Assembly: GCA_038257245.1 (NCBI GenBank)
Contig: JBBSJL010000003.1
Coordinates: 2,074 to 66,073 of the forward strand
From: Candidatus Saccharimonadales bacterium
Lineage (GTDB): Bacteria; Patescibacteriota; Saccharimonadia; Saccharimonadales; JACQNP01
Length of the DNA stretch: 64,000 nucleotides
Direction of reading: 5' to 3'
This document shows, piece after piece, positions 39,519 to 48,200 of the stretch. Positions within the stretch are counted from its first letter, which is position 1. Each line of letters opens with the position of its first letter. The notes below the pieces were generated by a model. The model worked only from the letters and a program-made list of their open reading frames with translations. It had not been told where the DNA came from and made no database searches. Made by a program: the position numbers and the translations under genes.

Positions 39519-40058
39519 ATGGATCCTAATAATCAACAACCCGTGCAACCAAACCAGAATACTATTCCTACCCCAACGTCGGGGCAGCCTAGTAACACCG
39601 CTCAGCCTCCAGCCACTGTGGCTGGACAACAGATTATACCCCAGTCAGACGTAACATCACCGCAACCTATTGCCCCAGACACACAAACAATGCAATCTAC
39701 TATGCCTGGCCCGCAGAGTCAAAACTCTATTACTCCACCTATGCCAAGCAATGGCCAGCAGCCAGTTGTAACAAGCGGTGGCCCCAAAAAACCGAAGCTG
39801 TTAATTATCGTTATTGGTTCTGTACTTTTACTTGGGCTAATTACAGTTTTAGCTTTAATTTTTGCATCACCTAATAAATCCACAACCGATACAACCGACA
39901 CTACCCAAGAACAAACACTCGAAAATGTAGGTCCACAACCAGCAGAAGCTATCGATGTAGAACAATCAAACAGTGCTATCAACCAAGATATCAGTGAATT
40001 GAATACTGACAACGACTATCCGGCAACACAGCTCGACGACAAAGAACTAGGGCTTTAA
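39519..40058 (+). CDS. Single-pass membrane protein with a disordered Q/P-rich N-terminus (module 2, gene b)
   Basis: MDPNN start directly after the previous stop. TM helix LLIIVIGSVLLLGLITVLALIFA. The acidic tail ends ..KELGL (compare ..DQGLNL in the paralogue). Confidence 0.55.
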   Translation: MDPNNQQPVQPNQNTIPTPTSGQPSNTAQPPATVAGQQIIPQSDVTSPQPIAPDTQTMQSTMPGPQSQNSITPPMPSNGQQPVVTSGGPKKPKLLIIVIGSVLLLGLITVLALIFASPNKSTTDTTDTTQEQTLENVGPQPAEAIDVEQSNSAINQDISELNTDNDYPATQLDDKELGL

Positions 40059-40077
40059 ACTTAAGCCACGAGACGAG

Positions 40078-40959
40078 TTATTTCTTCGGCTTATTGACTA
40101 CAACTTGAGGGAACGGGATTTCTATATTGTTTTTGTCGAAGGCTTTCTTGAGCCGTTTGCGGAGTTCACCATTTACATCCCATTGCTTGCCCGCAGCCAC
40201 TTTGCCATTGATTAAAACTTCAATGGAACTATCGTTGAATTCGGTAATTCTACTGAATTTTGGCACTTCTTTGATGTTCTTTTTATAGTCTGCATCAGCA
40301 GCAAGTTCTTCACCAACATGATTGATGACGTGTTCTAGCCGATCAATATCCGTGTCGTATGCTACACCGATCTTGAGAAAAACACTTGAATAGTCCTGGG
40401 TTTTATTGGTCGACACATTGATTTGCCCATTAGGTATATAGTGAACGTGACCCTCAAAATCTCTAAGTATTGTTATTCTCATGGTTACATCTTCGACAGT
40501 TCCGTCAACATCAGATAATGTAACAACGTCACCGACACGGTATTGGTTCTCTAATATAATAAAAAACCCGGTTACGAAATCTTTAACTAATGACTGGGCA
40601 CCAAAGCCCAAAGCTACTCCAACTATTCCAGCACTTGCCAATAACGGTGCTGTATTAACACCGAGCTCGGTGATTATCATCATTGCTGCAATTACCCAAA
40701 CTGCTACTTTTACAACGCCAGTTACTAGTGAGTCTAGAGTTTTCAATCGCTTCTTACGGTCAGTCTCCGTAGGGTACATATCTGGTCGGATCGTTTTGGA
40801 TAATAGTTTAACACTGATTGCTGTGAGAATTCTTCGGGCTACAAGAGTGAAACCGATAATTACCAAGATGCTAATCATATGCAAATCTATCCATGTTCCA
40901 ACTGCTTCTCCAAAACTAACAATATTTCTGGCAATAACTTGTGACAAATCTTCGATCAT
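40078..40959 (-). CDS. Small-conductance mechanosensitive channel (MscS family)
   Basis: Three TM helices, then GAQSLVKDFVTGFFIILENQYRVGDVV, the MscS beta-domain signature. Confidence 0.85.
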   Translation of the reverse strand: MIEDLSQVIARNIVSFGEAVGTWIDLHMISILVIIGFTLVARRILTAISVKLLSKTIRPDMYPTETDRKKRLKTLDSLVTGVVKVAVWVIAAMMIITELGVNTAPLLASAGIVGVALGFGAQSLVKDFVTGFFIILENQYRVGDVVTLSDVDGTVEDVTMRITILRDFEGHVHYIPNGQINVSTNKTQDYSSVFLKIGVAYDTDIDRLEHVINHVGEELAADADYKKNIKEVPKFSRITEFNDSSIEVLINGKVAAGKQWDVNGELRKRLKKAFDKNNIEIPFPQVVVNKPKK

Positions 40960-41000
40960 TACTGATAGTATATATAAGAAGTTAGGAGATTGGAATAAGC

Positions 41001-41588
41001 ATGAGCGAAATAGTGGATATTAATAGCCCAGAATTAGTAACCAACCTGCTTAATGGTGGGGTAGGAGTTCTGCCTACAGATACACTTTATGGAATTGCTT
41101 GCCTAGCATCGGATGAAAAGGCAGTTGCAAGACTCTATAGTCTCAAATCTAGGGAGAACAAGCCGGGGACGATAATAGCAGCTTCGGTCGATCAACTAGT
41201 CGAGCTTGGGTTGAAGCGCCGATACTTAAAACCAGTCGAACACTATTGGCCGGGAGCAATCAGTATTGAAATTCCTCACCAGATTAACTATCTAAACCAA
41301 AGTACAGGTAGGCAAGCTTTTCGTATTGCCAAAGACACGCATCTGGTAAAAATACTTGAAAAAACTGGTCCACTTCTAACGAGTAGTGCTAATTTGCCAG
41401 GTGAACCAGAAGCGAACAATATTGGAGAAGCTAGAGACTATTTTGGTAACAAAGTAGATTTTTATGTTGATGGTGGCGACTTATCAGGTCGAAAAGGCTC
41501 GACAATTATTAGGATTGTAGATGACGCTGTAGAGATTTTACGGCAAGGAGCTGTTAAAATAAACGAAGCAGGAGAAATTATTAGATGA
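41001..41588 (+). CDS. tsaC: L-threonylcarbamoyladenylate synthase (YrdC/TsaC domain)
   Basis: LPTDTLYGIAC, K..R...KP and LTSSANLPGEP motifs. A TAGGAG SD is present. Confidence 0.85.
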   Translation: MSEIVDINSPELVTNLLNGGVGVLPTDTLYGIACLASDEKAVARLYSLKSRENKPGTIIAASVDQLVELGLKRRYLKPVEHYWPGAISIEIPHQINYLNQSTGRQAFRIAKDTHLVKILEKTGPLLTSSANLPGEPEANNIGEARDYFGNKVDFYVDGGDLSGRKGSTIIRIVDDAVEILRQGAVKINEAGEIIR

Positions 41589-41917
41589 CATTTGATGAAT
41601 ACCAAAAGCAGGCCCTAACCACGGCAATAACTAACCCAGACCCACTAATGGACAAAACAATTTGGGCTATGGGTATATCTGGTGAGGCTGGTGAAGTTCT
41701 GGAAAAATGGAAGAAGATTGTCGCTTACAAAAAGGGTGTGGTTTCTGATGAGGACCTCGGTGAAATCAAAAAAGAACTTGGCGATGTTGTTTGGTATGTA
41801 GCACTCATGGCACACAGTTTAGATTTGTCATTTGATGAAGTAATGGATTTGAATCTTAAAAAGCTGGCTGACCGCAAAAAACGTAATACCCAAAAGGGCG
41901 CTGGAGACAATAGATAG
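41585..41917 (+). CDS. MazG-like nucleotide pyrophosphohydrolase
   Basis: MGISGEAGEVLEKWKK...ELGDVVWYVALMA. ATGA coupling. Confidence 0.7.
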   Translation: MTFDEYQKQALTTAITNPDPLMDKTIWAMGISGEAGEVLEKWKKIVAYKKGVVSDEDLGEIKKELGDVVWYVALMAHSLDLSFDEVMDLNLKKLADRKKRNTQKGAGDNR

Positions 41918-42354
41918 TGTTTGATACGGCCACTCCTTACATAGCAGCATTTGTTGTTTTGCGAAAAGATAACAAAATTGCCTTTGTACTACGTGAAAAC
42001 GTTTCTTGGATGAAGGGTTTCTATGGCTTGCCATCAGGTAAGGTAGAAAAGAACGAATCATTCTCGGCTGGGGCTATCAGGGAAGGGCTCGAAGAAGTTG
42101 GGGTCAAGCTTGCCCTAGAAGACTTGCAATACGTTCATACTATGCACAGACATGGAGATGATATGGATTGGGTTGATATATATTTTGAAGCCACTAAGTG
42201 GCAGGGTGAAATCATAAATGCCGAACCACACGTACACAGCGAAGTTGACTGGCTTGATTTAGACAATTTGCCAGAAAACGTTATCCCACCCGTGGTTGCA
42301 GCTCTGCAGTCAATTGCCAAAGGCGAAAAATACAGCGAATACGGCTGGAATTAG
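41917..42354 (+). CDS. NUDIX hydrolase
   Basis: Nudix box GKVEKNESFSAGAIREGLEEVG. GTG start overlapping the previous stop. Confidence 0.8.
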   Translation: MFDTATPYIAAFVVLRKDNKIAFVLRENVSWMKGFYGLPSGKVEKNESFSAGAIREGLEEVGVKLALEDLQYVHTMHRHGDDMDWVDIYFEATKWQGEIINAEPHVHSEVDWLDLDNLPENVIPPVVAALQSIAKGEKYSEYGWN

Positions 42355-42388
42355 ATATACAAAAGGTTGTCGTTGTCTATAGATTTTT

Positions 42389-43693
42389 TCAACCAACAAA
42401 CCCTTTGCGGAGCCATTCATCTAGGCTTTGGCCCCCACCAGCTGTAAGACAAAGCACCAGGTCGCCACTTTCTGCGTGGCCAGAAATAGTAGCTTTTAGG
42501 TCATCGTCTAGTTGCTTTGGTGTAGCTTTTTCGGGCTGAGAAGTTAATGCAACTAGTTTTTCGGGTGTTAATAGTTCTAAGCTCTTGTCTTCGCGGGCCA
42601 GGTAACTGGGCACAATGTATAGTTGCTTAGCGCTATCGAAAAGATGTGACAATTCTTCCTTAATAAAATGCTGGCGAGTGTTATGTAACCCCTCATAAAC
42701 GATTACTAGGTTATCTGCTGCTTTTTCTTGGGCAATTTGGATAGCTCCACGAATTTTTTCTGGTGTATGAGCATAGTCGCTATAAACATTTGGTGCTATT
42801 TCTTCGAACCGTCTAGACAGACCAGGGAAGCGGTTCATATGCGTAATCAATTCCTCATCAGATACATCGGTTAAACCCTTAACTGCTTCAATTGCTAGTG
42901 CAGCATCGCGGCGGTTAACCTCTCCGAGTAAACTTAACTTGTTAACGGTTAACGTGCTAAGCGATTCATCTGATGTTGGTTCTGGCATTATTGTCACGGA
43001 ATCGTTGGCTTCTATGGCTAGTTTTTGGGCATCTTTTTGCCATAATATAGTTTGCTTGGCTTGGCCAATATAATCTCGAAATGCTTGTTCATATTCTTCC
43101 CGTGTTGGATAAATATCTGGATGATCGTAATCAATGCCGCTAATTAAGCTAATTTGTGGATGAAATGCCATAAAATTATGATCGAACTCATCCGCTTCGT
43201 AAACAAAATACTGAGATTCTGGGTTAAAGTGTCCCATATGACCAAAACTGATTTTGGCTCCAAGCGAATAGCTTATAGGTATACCGACTTGCTTCATAAG
43301 CCAAATCATCATGGCTGTAGTGGTCGTTTTACCATGTGTACCGGCAATTGTGATCAAGTTTAACTTCTTTTGTTCCAAAAAGTAATTAATAAAATCATCG
43401 CGCTTACTACTGTTTATATTGTTGTCCTTACAAAATTTTAATTCAGGAAAGTCTGGGTTTTCCATTACCACAGCGCTGGAATAAACGTACCAATCTATAG
43501 GATTTGTAGTATGAACTGCTTGTATAGATTCATAATCTTGTCCAACTTGGACGGATATTCCTCTGTCTTTTAGATAATGAACATACTGAGAATCTTGTTT
43601 GTCTGATCCAGTGACCTGAAAGCCAGCTTCTTGGGCAATTATCGCCAGAGGTCCGATGCCTGCTCCACCAATTCCAGAAAAGTATATGTGCAT
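42389..43693 (-). CDS. murC: Mur ligase, UDP-N-acetylmuramate--L-alanine ligase-like
   Basis: FSGIGGAGIGPLA N-terminal Rossmann motif and an AGTHGKTTTTAM P-loop. At 434 aa, Mpl cannot be excluded. Confidence 0.75.
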   Translation of the reverse strand: MHIYFSGIGGAGIGPLAIIAQEAGFQVTGSDKQDSQYVHYLKDRGISVQVGQDYESIQAVHTTNPIDWYVYSSAVVMENPDFPELKFCKDNNINSSKRDDFINYFLEQKKLNLITIAGTHGKTTTTAMMIWLMKQVGIPISYSLGAKISFGHMGHFNPESQYFVYEADEFDHNFMAFHPQISLISGIDYDHPDIYPTREEYEQAFRDYIGQAKQTILWQKDAQKLAIEANDSVTIMPEPTSDESLSTLTVNKLSLLGEVNRRDAALAIEAVKGLTDVSDEELITHMNRFPGLSRRFEEIAPNVYSDYAHTPEKIRGAIQIAQEKAADNLVIVYEGLHNTRQHFIKEELSHLFDSAKQLYIVPSYLAREDKSLELLTPEKLVALTSQPEKATPKQLDDDLKATISGHAESGDLVLCLTAGGGQSLDEWLRKGFVG

Positions 43694-43740
43694 ACAGATA
43701 GATTACAGCGAATACGGTTAATCGTCCAGAGAGGATATTC

Positions 43741-44991
43741 GTGGTAAAATTAGGCGAAAGTAAAAAACAAAAAATGCTACACAAAATTATTAACAGACTA
43801 TTAAGATCAAGACACCCTTGGCGTCAGATGAAGTTCGATGAACTCAGCGAGCTTTATATAAGTATGCTGTTTCGTGGTCTAGCTATAAGTATGACCGGAC
43901 TTTTCGTATCAATATATATGTTGAGATTGGGTTATGATATTGCCTCAATAATGCAAGTAGTGGCATGGTATTTTACTGCTAGAGTGCTTATCTTTGATAT
44001 AGGAGCAGCCTATACAGTCGCTCGAATAGGGCCCAAACACTCGATGCTTATTGGTTATGTGCTCCTGGGATGTAATACAGCAATGTTCTTGACGATAACT
44101 GCTTTTAACTGGCCCATATGGTTGCTTGGAATGGTTTGGGGTGGATCGGCCAGCTATTTCTTTATTCCGTTTCATGTGGATTTTTCTAAGGTTAAGCACA
44201 GTGCTCATGGAGGCAAAGAATTAGGCTACATACAAATAATGGAAAAATCAGGTGCTGCTTTGGGTCCATTAATCGGTGGAGTAGTTGCGACCATATTTGG
44301 AGCCCATTACTTATTCCTATTAGCTACGATCTTGATTATAGTCGGTCTTATACCGTTATTTTTGACTAGAGAGCCTACTAAGACCAGACAACAAATTAGT
44401 TTTAGGGGCTTGCCCTTCCGTCGGTTGAAACGGGACTATTTATCGATTGGCGCGCTTGGGGTTGAAAATACCCTAAGTATATTTTTGTGGCCTCTGTTTA
44501 TTGGGCTATTCATACTTGTAGATAACACAGTTTATGCTAAGCTTGGGCTTCTCAGCACAGTAGCAATCATTACAGGAGTATTTGCCGCTTACACCATTGG
44601 AAAGATTATTGATCATAGAAAGGGCCGAGCATTGCTTAGGAGTAATGCAGTTGTAAACGCGGTATTACAATTAGCAAGGCCATTTATTTCAACATATCCA
44701 GGGACCTTTTTGATTAGTATGGCCAACGAGGTTGTTACCACTGGATATCGAATGCCATACCAAAAGGGCTGGTTTGATGCGGCTGATGACTTACCGGGTT
44801 ACAGGATAGCCTATATTTCTTCCATGGAGTGGTTTAGTAGTGTATGCAAAGCTTCTGTTTGGTGGTTTTTGGTACTACTGACAAGTCTATTGTCTGATAG
44901 ATCAGTGCTGACTGTAGGTTTTGTAATTGCAGCGATTGCGTCTATGCTTATAATGACAGAAAAGTTTAAAGCCTTGAATGTGAAAAAATGA
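43741..44991 (+). CDS. MFS-type transporter
   Basis: About 12 helices. GTG start preceded by GAGAGGA; an ATG at 43774 is an alternative. Confidence 0.65.
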   Translation: MVKLGESKKQKMLHKIINRLLRSRHPWRQMKFDELSELYISMLFRGLAISMTGLFVSIYMLRLGYDIASIMQVVAWYFTARVLIFDIGAAYTVARIGPKHSMLIGYVLLGCNTAMFLTITAFNWPIWLLGMVWGGSASYFFIPFHVDFSKVKHSAHGGKELGYIQIMEKSGAALGPLIGGVVATIFGAHYLFLLATILIIVGLIPLFLTREPTKTRQQISFRGLPFRRLKRDYLSIGALGVENTLSIFLWPLFIGLFILVDNTVYAKLGLLSTVAIITGVFAAYTIGKIIDHRKGRALLRSNAVVNAVLQLARPFISTYPGTFLISMANEVVTTGYRMPYQKGWFDAADDLPGYRIAYISSMEWFSSVCKASVWWFLVLLTSLLSDRSVLTVGFVIAAIASMLIMTEKFKALNVKK

Positions 44992-45608
44992 TGGCGAACA
45001 AGCGAAAACTACATCACATATCAGTACAACTACGCTCATTTAGAACTATTTATATTATTATTGCTCTAATAATTTCTATTGTTATTACAGCCAACGCGTT
45101 AAGACAAAACAATCTAAAAGCAATTCAACTACGCGATGCCGTATTAACTTCTGATGAGAATAATGATGATGTCGAAGTGGCTCTCAAGGAATTGAGAAGC
45201 CATGTATACAATCATATGAATACTAATTTATCGGCTGGTGCTACGTCCATCCAGCACCCAGTACAATTGAAATTTACCTATGACAGGTTAGTAGAAGCTG
45301 AAAAAAATCGCGTATCAACAACGAACGAGAAAATATACGCTAATGCCCAAGCTGTTTGTGAAAAACAATTCCCAGTTGGGTTGTCTGGTAGTGGCAGGAT
45401 TCCTTGCATCGAAGACTACGTTGCAAAAAATGGTACAGAGGAGCAGCCCATACAGGACAGCTTGTATAAGTTTAACTTTACTTCTCCGTTCTGGTCGCCT
45501 GATTTGGCTGGTTTTGCCTTGGCTGTATCTCTATTACTGGGCATTATTCTTATCGCAAAGCTAAGCCTTGATAAGTGGATGAAAGGTCAACTTCACGATC
45601 ACTTATAA
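44988..45608 (+). CDS. Bitopic membrane protein, unknown function
   Basis: ATGA coupling, with N- and C-terminal hydrophobic helices flanking a ~130-aa domain that contains Cys residues. Confidence 0.55.
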   Translation: MMANKRKLHHISVQLRSFRTIYIIIALIISIVITANALRQNNLKAIQLRDAVLTSDENNDDVEVALKELRSHVYNHMNTNLSAGATSIQHPVQLKFTYDRLVEAEKNRVSTTNEKIYANAQAVCEKQFPVGLSGSGRIPCIEDYVAKNGTEEQPIQDSLYKFNFTSPFWSPDLAGFALAVSLLLGIILIAKLSLDKWMKGQLHDHL

Positions 45609-45610
45609 AT

Positions 45611-45638
45611 AAAAACACCCGTGAAAACGGGTGTTTTT
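45611..45638. terminator. Bidirectional intrinsic terminator between convergent genes
   Basis: AAAACACCCG tgaaaa CGGGTGTTTT is a perfect 10-bp stem flanked by an A-run and a T-run. Confidence 0.75.
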
Positions 45639-45664
45639 CGTAACCAAGCCCAGATTTACTGTAA

Positions 45665-46336
45665 CTAGTTGTTAGTACCACCAGTTCCTGTAGTTGGCTT
45701 TGTTGTGTCTGGAGCAGTCGTGTCTGCTGCGTCTGTACCACTACTTTGAGCATTTGTAGTCTGACACTTCTGACCTTCTGGATTTTCTTGGACGTATTTA
45801 GCCACAGCCTGTGCAACTTGACCGTCGTCTTTTAGATTCTCCCAGAATATAACCTGATCACTATTAATTACCATTTGATCTTGTGGCCCATGAAGTTCAC
45901 AACCAAGCTTGACTAGCTGAACATCACTGTTAGCGGTTTGACCATTTGGTTGTACTTGTTGGTTAACACGTAGGTAATATATGTCGTTTAGCTTAGTATA
46001 GTTAGAATTTACAGATGTAATCTTACCAAAGTAAACTTGCCCTCCATTTAAGAAGACAGCCTGATACTTAGTTGTATCAACATACTCACCTTGTTTGGTT
46101 ACTGATGGTTTAAATATAGCTAAATATGCAATAACAGATACAGCTAAAAGTGTAATCGTGAACAATAATGCAACTGAAGCTATTCGCCAGTTTCTGCCGT
46201 CACCATTATATTTTCTGTTTTTACCTGTAGGGGCTGCAGCAGCAGGTCTTGCAGTAGCTGGTGCACCAGTAGGAGCAGTTGTATTTGTTTGTGCGTTGTT
46301 TTGTGGAGAATTAGATCCACGGTTCATCCATTCCAT
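45665..46336 (-). CDS. Single-pass membrane protein with a disordered A/P/T-rich N-terminus and a Thr-rich C-terminus
   Basis: TM helix IASVALLFTITLLAVSVIAYLAIF and a ~130-aa ectodomain with 2 Cys. Confidence 0.6.
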   Translation of the reverse strand: MEWMNRGSNSPQNNAQTNTTAPTGAPATARPAAAAPTGKNRKYNGDGRNWRIASVALLFTITLLAVSVIAYLAIFKPSVTKQGEYVDTTKYQAVFLNGGQVYFGKITSVNSNYTKLNDIYYLRVNQQVQPNGQTANSDVQLVKLGCELHGPQDQMVINSDQVIFWENLKDDGQVAQAVAKYVQENPEGQKCQTTNAQSSGTDAADTTAPDTTKPTTGTGGTNN

Positions 46337-46471
46337 TGAAGAAAACCACCTTTGTTTACAATTTCTTTACAGATGTAAGTGTAATGCATAAGCGACATTT
46401 ATTGCAAGACAAAATTAAGTAGAACATGTGGACTATTTGTAATTTATGTATTTTTTACTTCGAAAATATTG

Positions 46472-46501
46472 TTGACAAGGTATTTATCTACAGAGTATGG
46501 T
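46472..46501 (+). promoter_or_regulatory. Sigma-70-type promoter
   Basis: TTGACA (46472-46477), an 18-nt spacer, then TATGGT (46496-46501). Confidence 0.45.
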
Positions 46502-46544
46502 AGGAGTACCATTAATAATTACAAGAGAGGGAGAGATTGTAACA

Positions 46545-46742
46545 ATGGCTTACAAGCACACAAACTCGAAGGGTGTAACATACTACCTAAATTCAAAGGA
46601 TGTCACATTACGTGGCGGTAAACTGCAAACAATTTATTACTTCAGTAAGGACGAACGACCAGAAGGCATTGCGGATGTACCTGCAGGCATGATGGTAAAC
46701 GAAAATCCACGAAACGGATTTCTTACTGTAAAGCGCAAATAG
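46545..46742 (+). CDS. Small (65 aa) basic protein, unknown function
   Basis: ATG at 46545 preceded by a GAGGGAGAG SD. The track start at 46497 lies inside the -10 box. Confidence 0.5.
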   Translation: MAYKHTNSKGVTYYLNSKDVTLRGGKLQTIYYFSKDERPEGIADVPAGMMVNENPRNGFLTVKRK

Positions 46743-46767
46743 TAGCTTAAAATAGAACAATAATTAT

Positions 46768-46797
46768 CGCTCAGGTTAATCCCTGGGCGGTTTTTTT
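46768..46797 (+). terminator. Intrinsic terminator
   Basis: CGCTCAGG ttaatc CCTGGGCG followed by GTTTTTTT. Confidence 0.65.
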
Positions 46798-46825
46798 ATT
46801 GTGGAAGATAAATGAAATTCAAATA

Positions 46826-47509
46826 TTATTCTTGTTCTTTTTTGTCACGACGCTTTTCGGTAATAAAAAGACCCATCAAAAACACACTGAAACCCAAACC
46901 AATGCCAAAGGGTACGTATAATCCAACACCCAGGTTAACACCGGCCCAGAATAGTAAAATAGCTAACCAACTGTAAGCACTAAGTCTTTTTACATCTGAT
47001 TTACCCCAAAATGTTTTGATGATGATTGCTGCTATAAAAGCACAAACAAACCACCCGGCGAAACTACGCAAGTGAATACCAAAGAACGAGCCAGGTGTTT
47101 CCCATTGCCAAAGGGTAAGTTTTGCCATTGCCGGCGCAAGTACGGTGTAGGTCAAAGTAGTAAACAATGCGGTGAATAAGGGAACCAAAAATCCAATACT
47201 AATTTTTCTGGCTAGCCAAAAAGCTCCAACTACAATTGGAGGATAGCTCAGGGCAATTATCCAGGGCGTAGAGCCAAATAGCCTGTAGTTTAAAATATCA
47301 TTGTAGCTAAATTTGCCGTAGGGGATCCCTGTTTTAACGGCTAAGGTCTCGAATCCAATTATAAGTAATCCCAACGCAAAGAATAGCAATACAGCTCTTA
47401 GAGGCCCACTTTGTTTTATGGCGCCAATAAGTGCAGGTAGAGCGAACAGGATTAATACTATGACAGAACCGAATAGAGCAACAGAACCAGTTATTTGTGT
47501 TAAATTCAT
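46826..47509 (-). CDS. Polytopic membrane protein, DUF422/carotenoid-biosynthesis-protein-like
   Basis: About 7 helices. GFETLAVKTGIPYGKFSY resembles the E....TG.P[FY]G.[YF].Y family motif. Confidence 0.45.
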   Translation of the reverse strand: MNLTQITGSVALFGSVIVLILFALPALIGAIKQSGPLRAVLLFFALGLLIIGFETLAVKTGIPYGKFSYNDILNYRLFGSTPWIIALSYPPIVVGAFWLARKISIGFLVPLFTALFTTLTYTVLAPAMAKLTLWQWETPGSFFGIHLRSFAGWFVCAFIAAIIIKTFWGKSDVKRLSAYSWLAILLFWAGVNLGVGLYVPFGIGLGFSVFLMGLFITEKRRDKKEQE

Positions 47510-47607
47510 GCAGAGTTTATTGTCTCACAAAACGACAAATTTATTGAGTGTATTTTAACAGGAAAGACGCCGTTGTAAATATTGACTATCTGTGGTATAA
47601 TATAGCA

Positions 47608-48162
47608 ATGAATTACAAAGAAGTTGATGGCGAAATATTACCATCCTACAGCCCAGATGGAAACGGCAACCAGCCATATTACCCAAAACCAGACACAGAA
47701 ATGCCTGATTCCTTTCATGGTGAATCAGCTGAAGTTGCTGATAGTGCCGAAGTAATTGATCTAACAGCCAGGAGAACAGCCGGAGAGGTTGCTGACTCGA
47801 AAGCTCGTCATCCTGGATTGCCTGACCAGTTACCAGGCATTGATATGACAGACACGCAGTCAACCATGCCAATTGGTAGTGTTGATGAAAAGTCATCTGC
47901 TAGAGGACGTCATCCAACAGCATTTGTGCCTGAACCTAAGGAGGAAGCGGGAGGTGATAATCCTAGAAAAAGAAAAAAGGTTGTAGAATTGCCAGGCCAA
48001 AGGAATAATGGCCGCACAAATGGACCAGGAACCCCTACGCGTGCTGAGATTCAAAAAGGTTTAAGTTTTGAAGAGATCAGAAGGCGTGATCGTAATAATA
48101 AGGCAGGTGCAGCTTTGGCAAGAGAAGCAATAAAGAATGCATTATCTACTGAAGAAGAGTAG
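47608..48162 (+). CDS. Disordered acidic/basic protein, unknown function (leaderless start)
   Basis: TGGTATAAT (47593-47601) lies 6 nt before the ATG at 47608. The track start at 47548 is an upstream GTG. Confidence 0.5.
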   Translation: MNYKEVDGEILPSYSPDGNGNQPYYPKPDTEMPDSFHGESAEVADSAEVIDLTARRTAGEVADSKARHPGLPDQLPGIDMTDTQSTMPIGSVDEKSSARGRHPTAFVPEPKEEAGGDNPRKRKKVVELPGQRNNGRTNGPGTPTRAEIQKGLSFEEIRRRDRNNKAGAALAREAIKNALSTEEE

Positions 48163-48200
48163 CGCCTCAGCCAAACTGTTTGTAATGATAAGGAGTTGAA

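Noticed and set aside
45343-45564. A nested same-strand 73-aa ORF inside 44988-45608.
   Set aside because: It is in an alternative frame of a longer ORF that is translationally coupled to the upstream MFS gene, and it has no independent signals.
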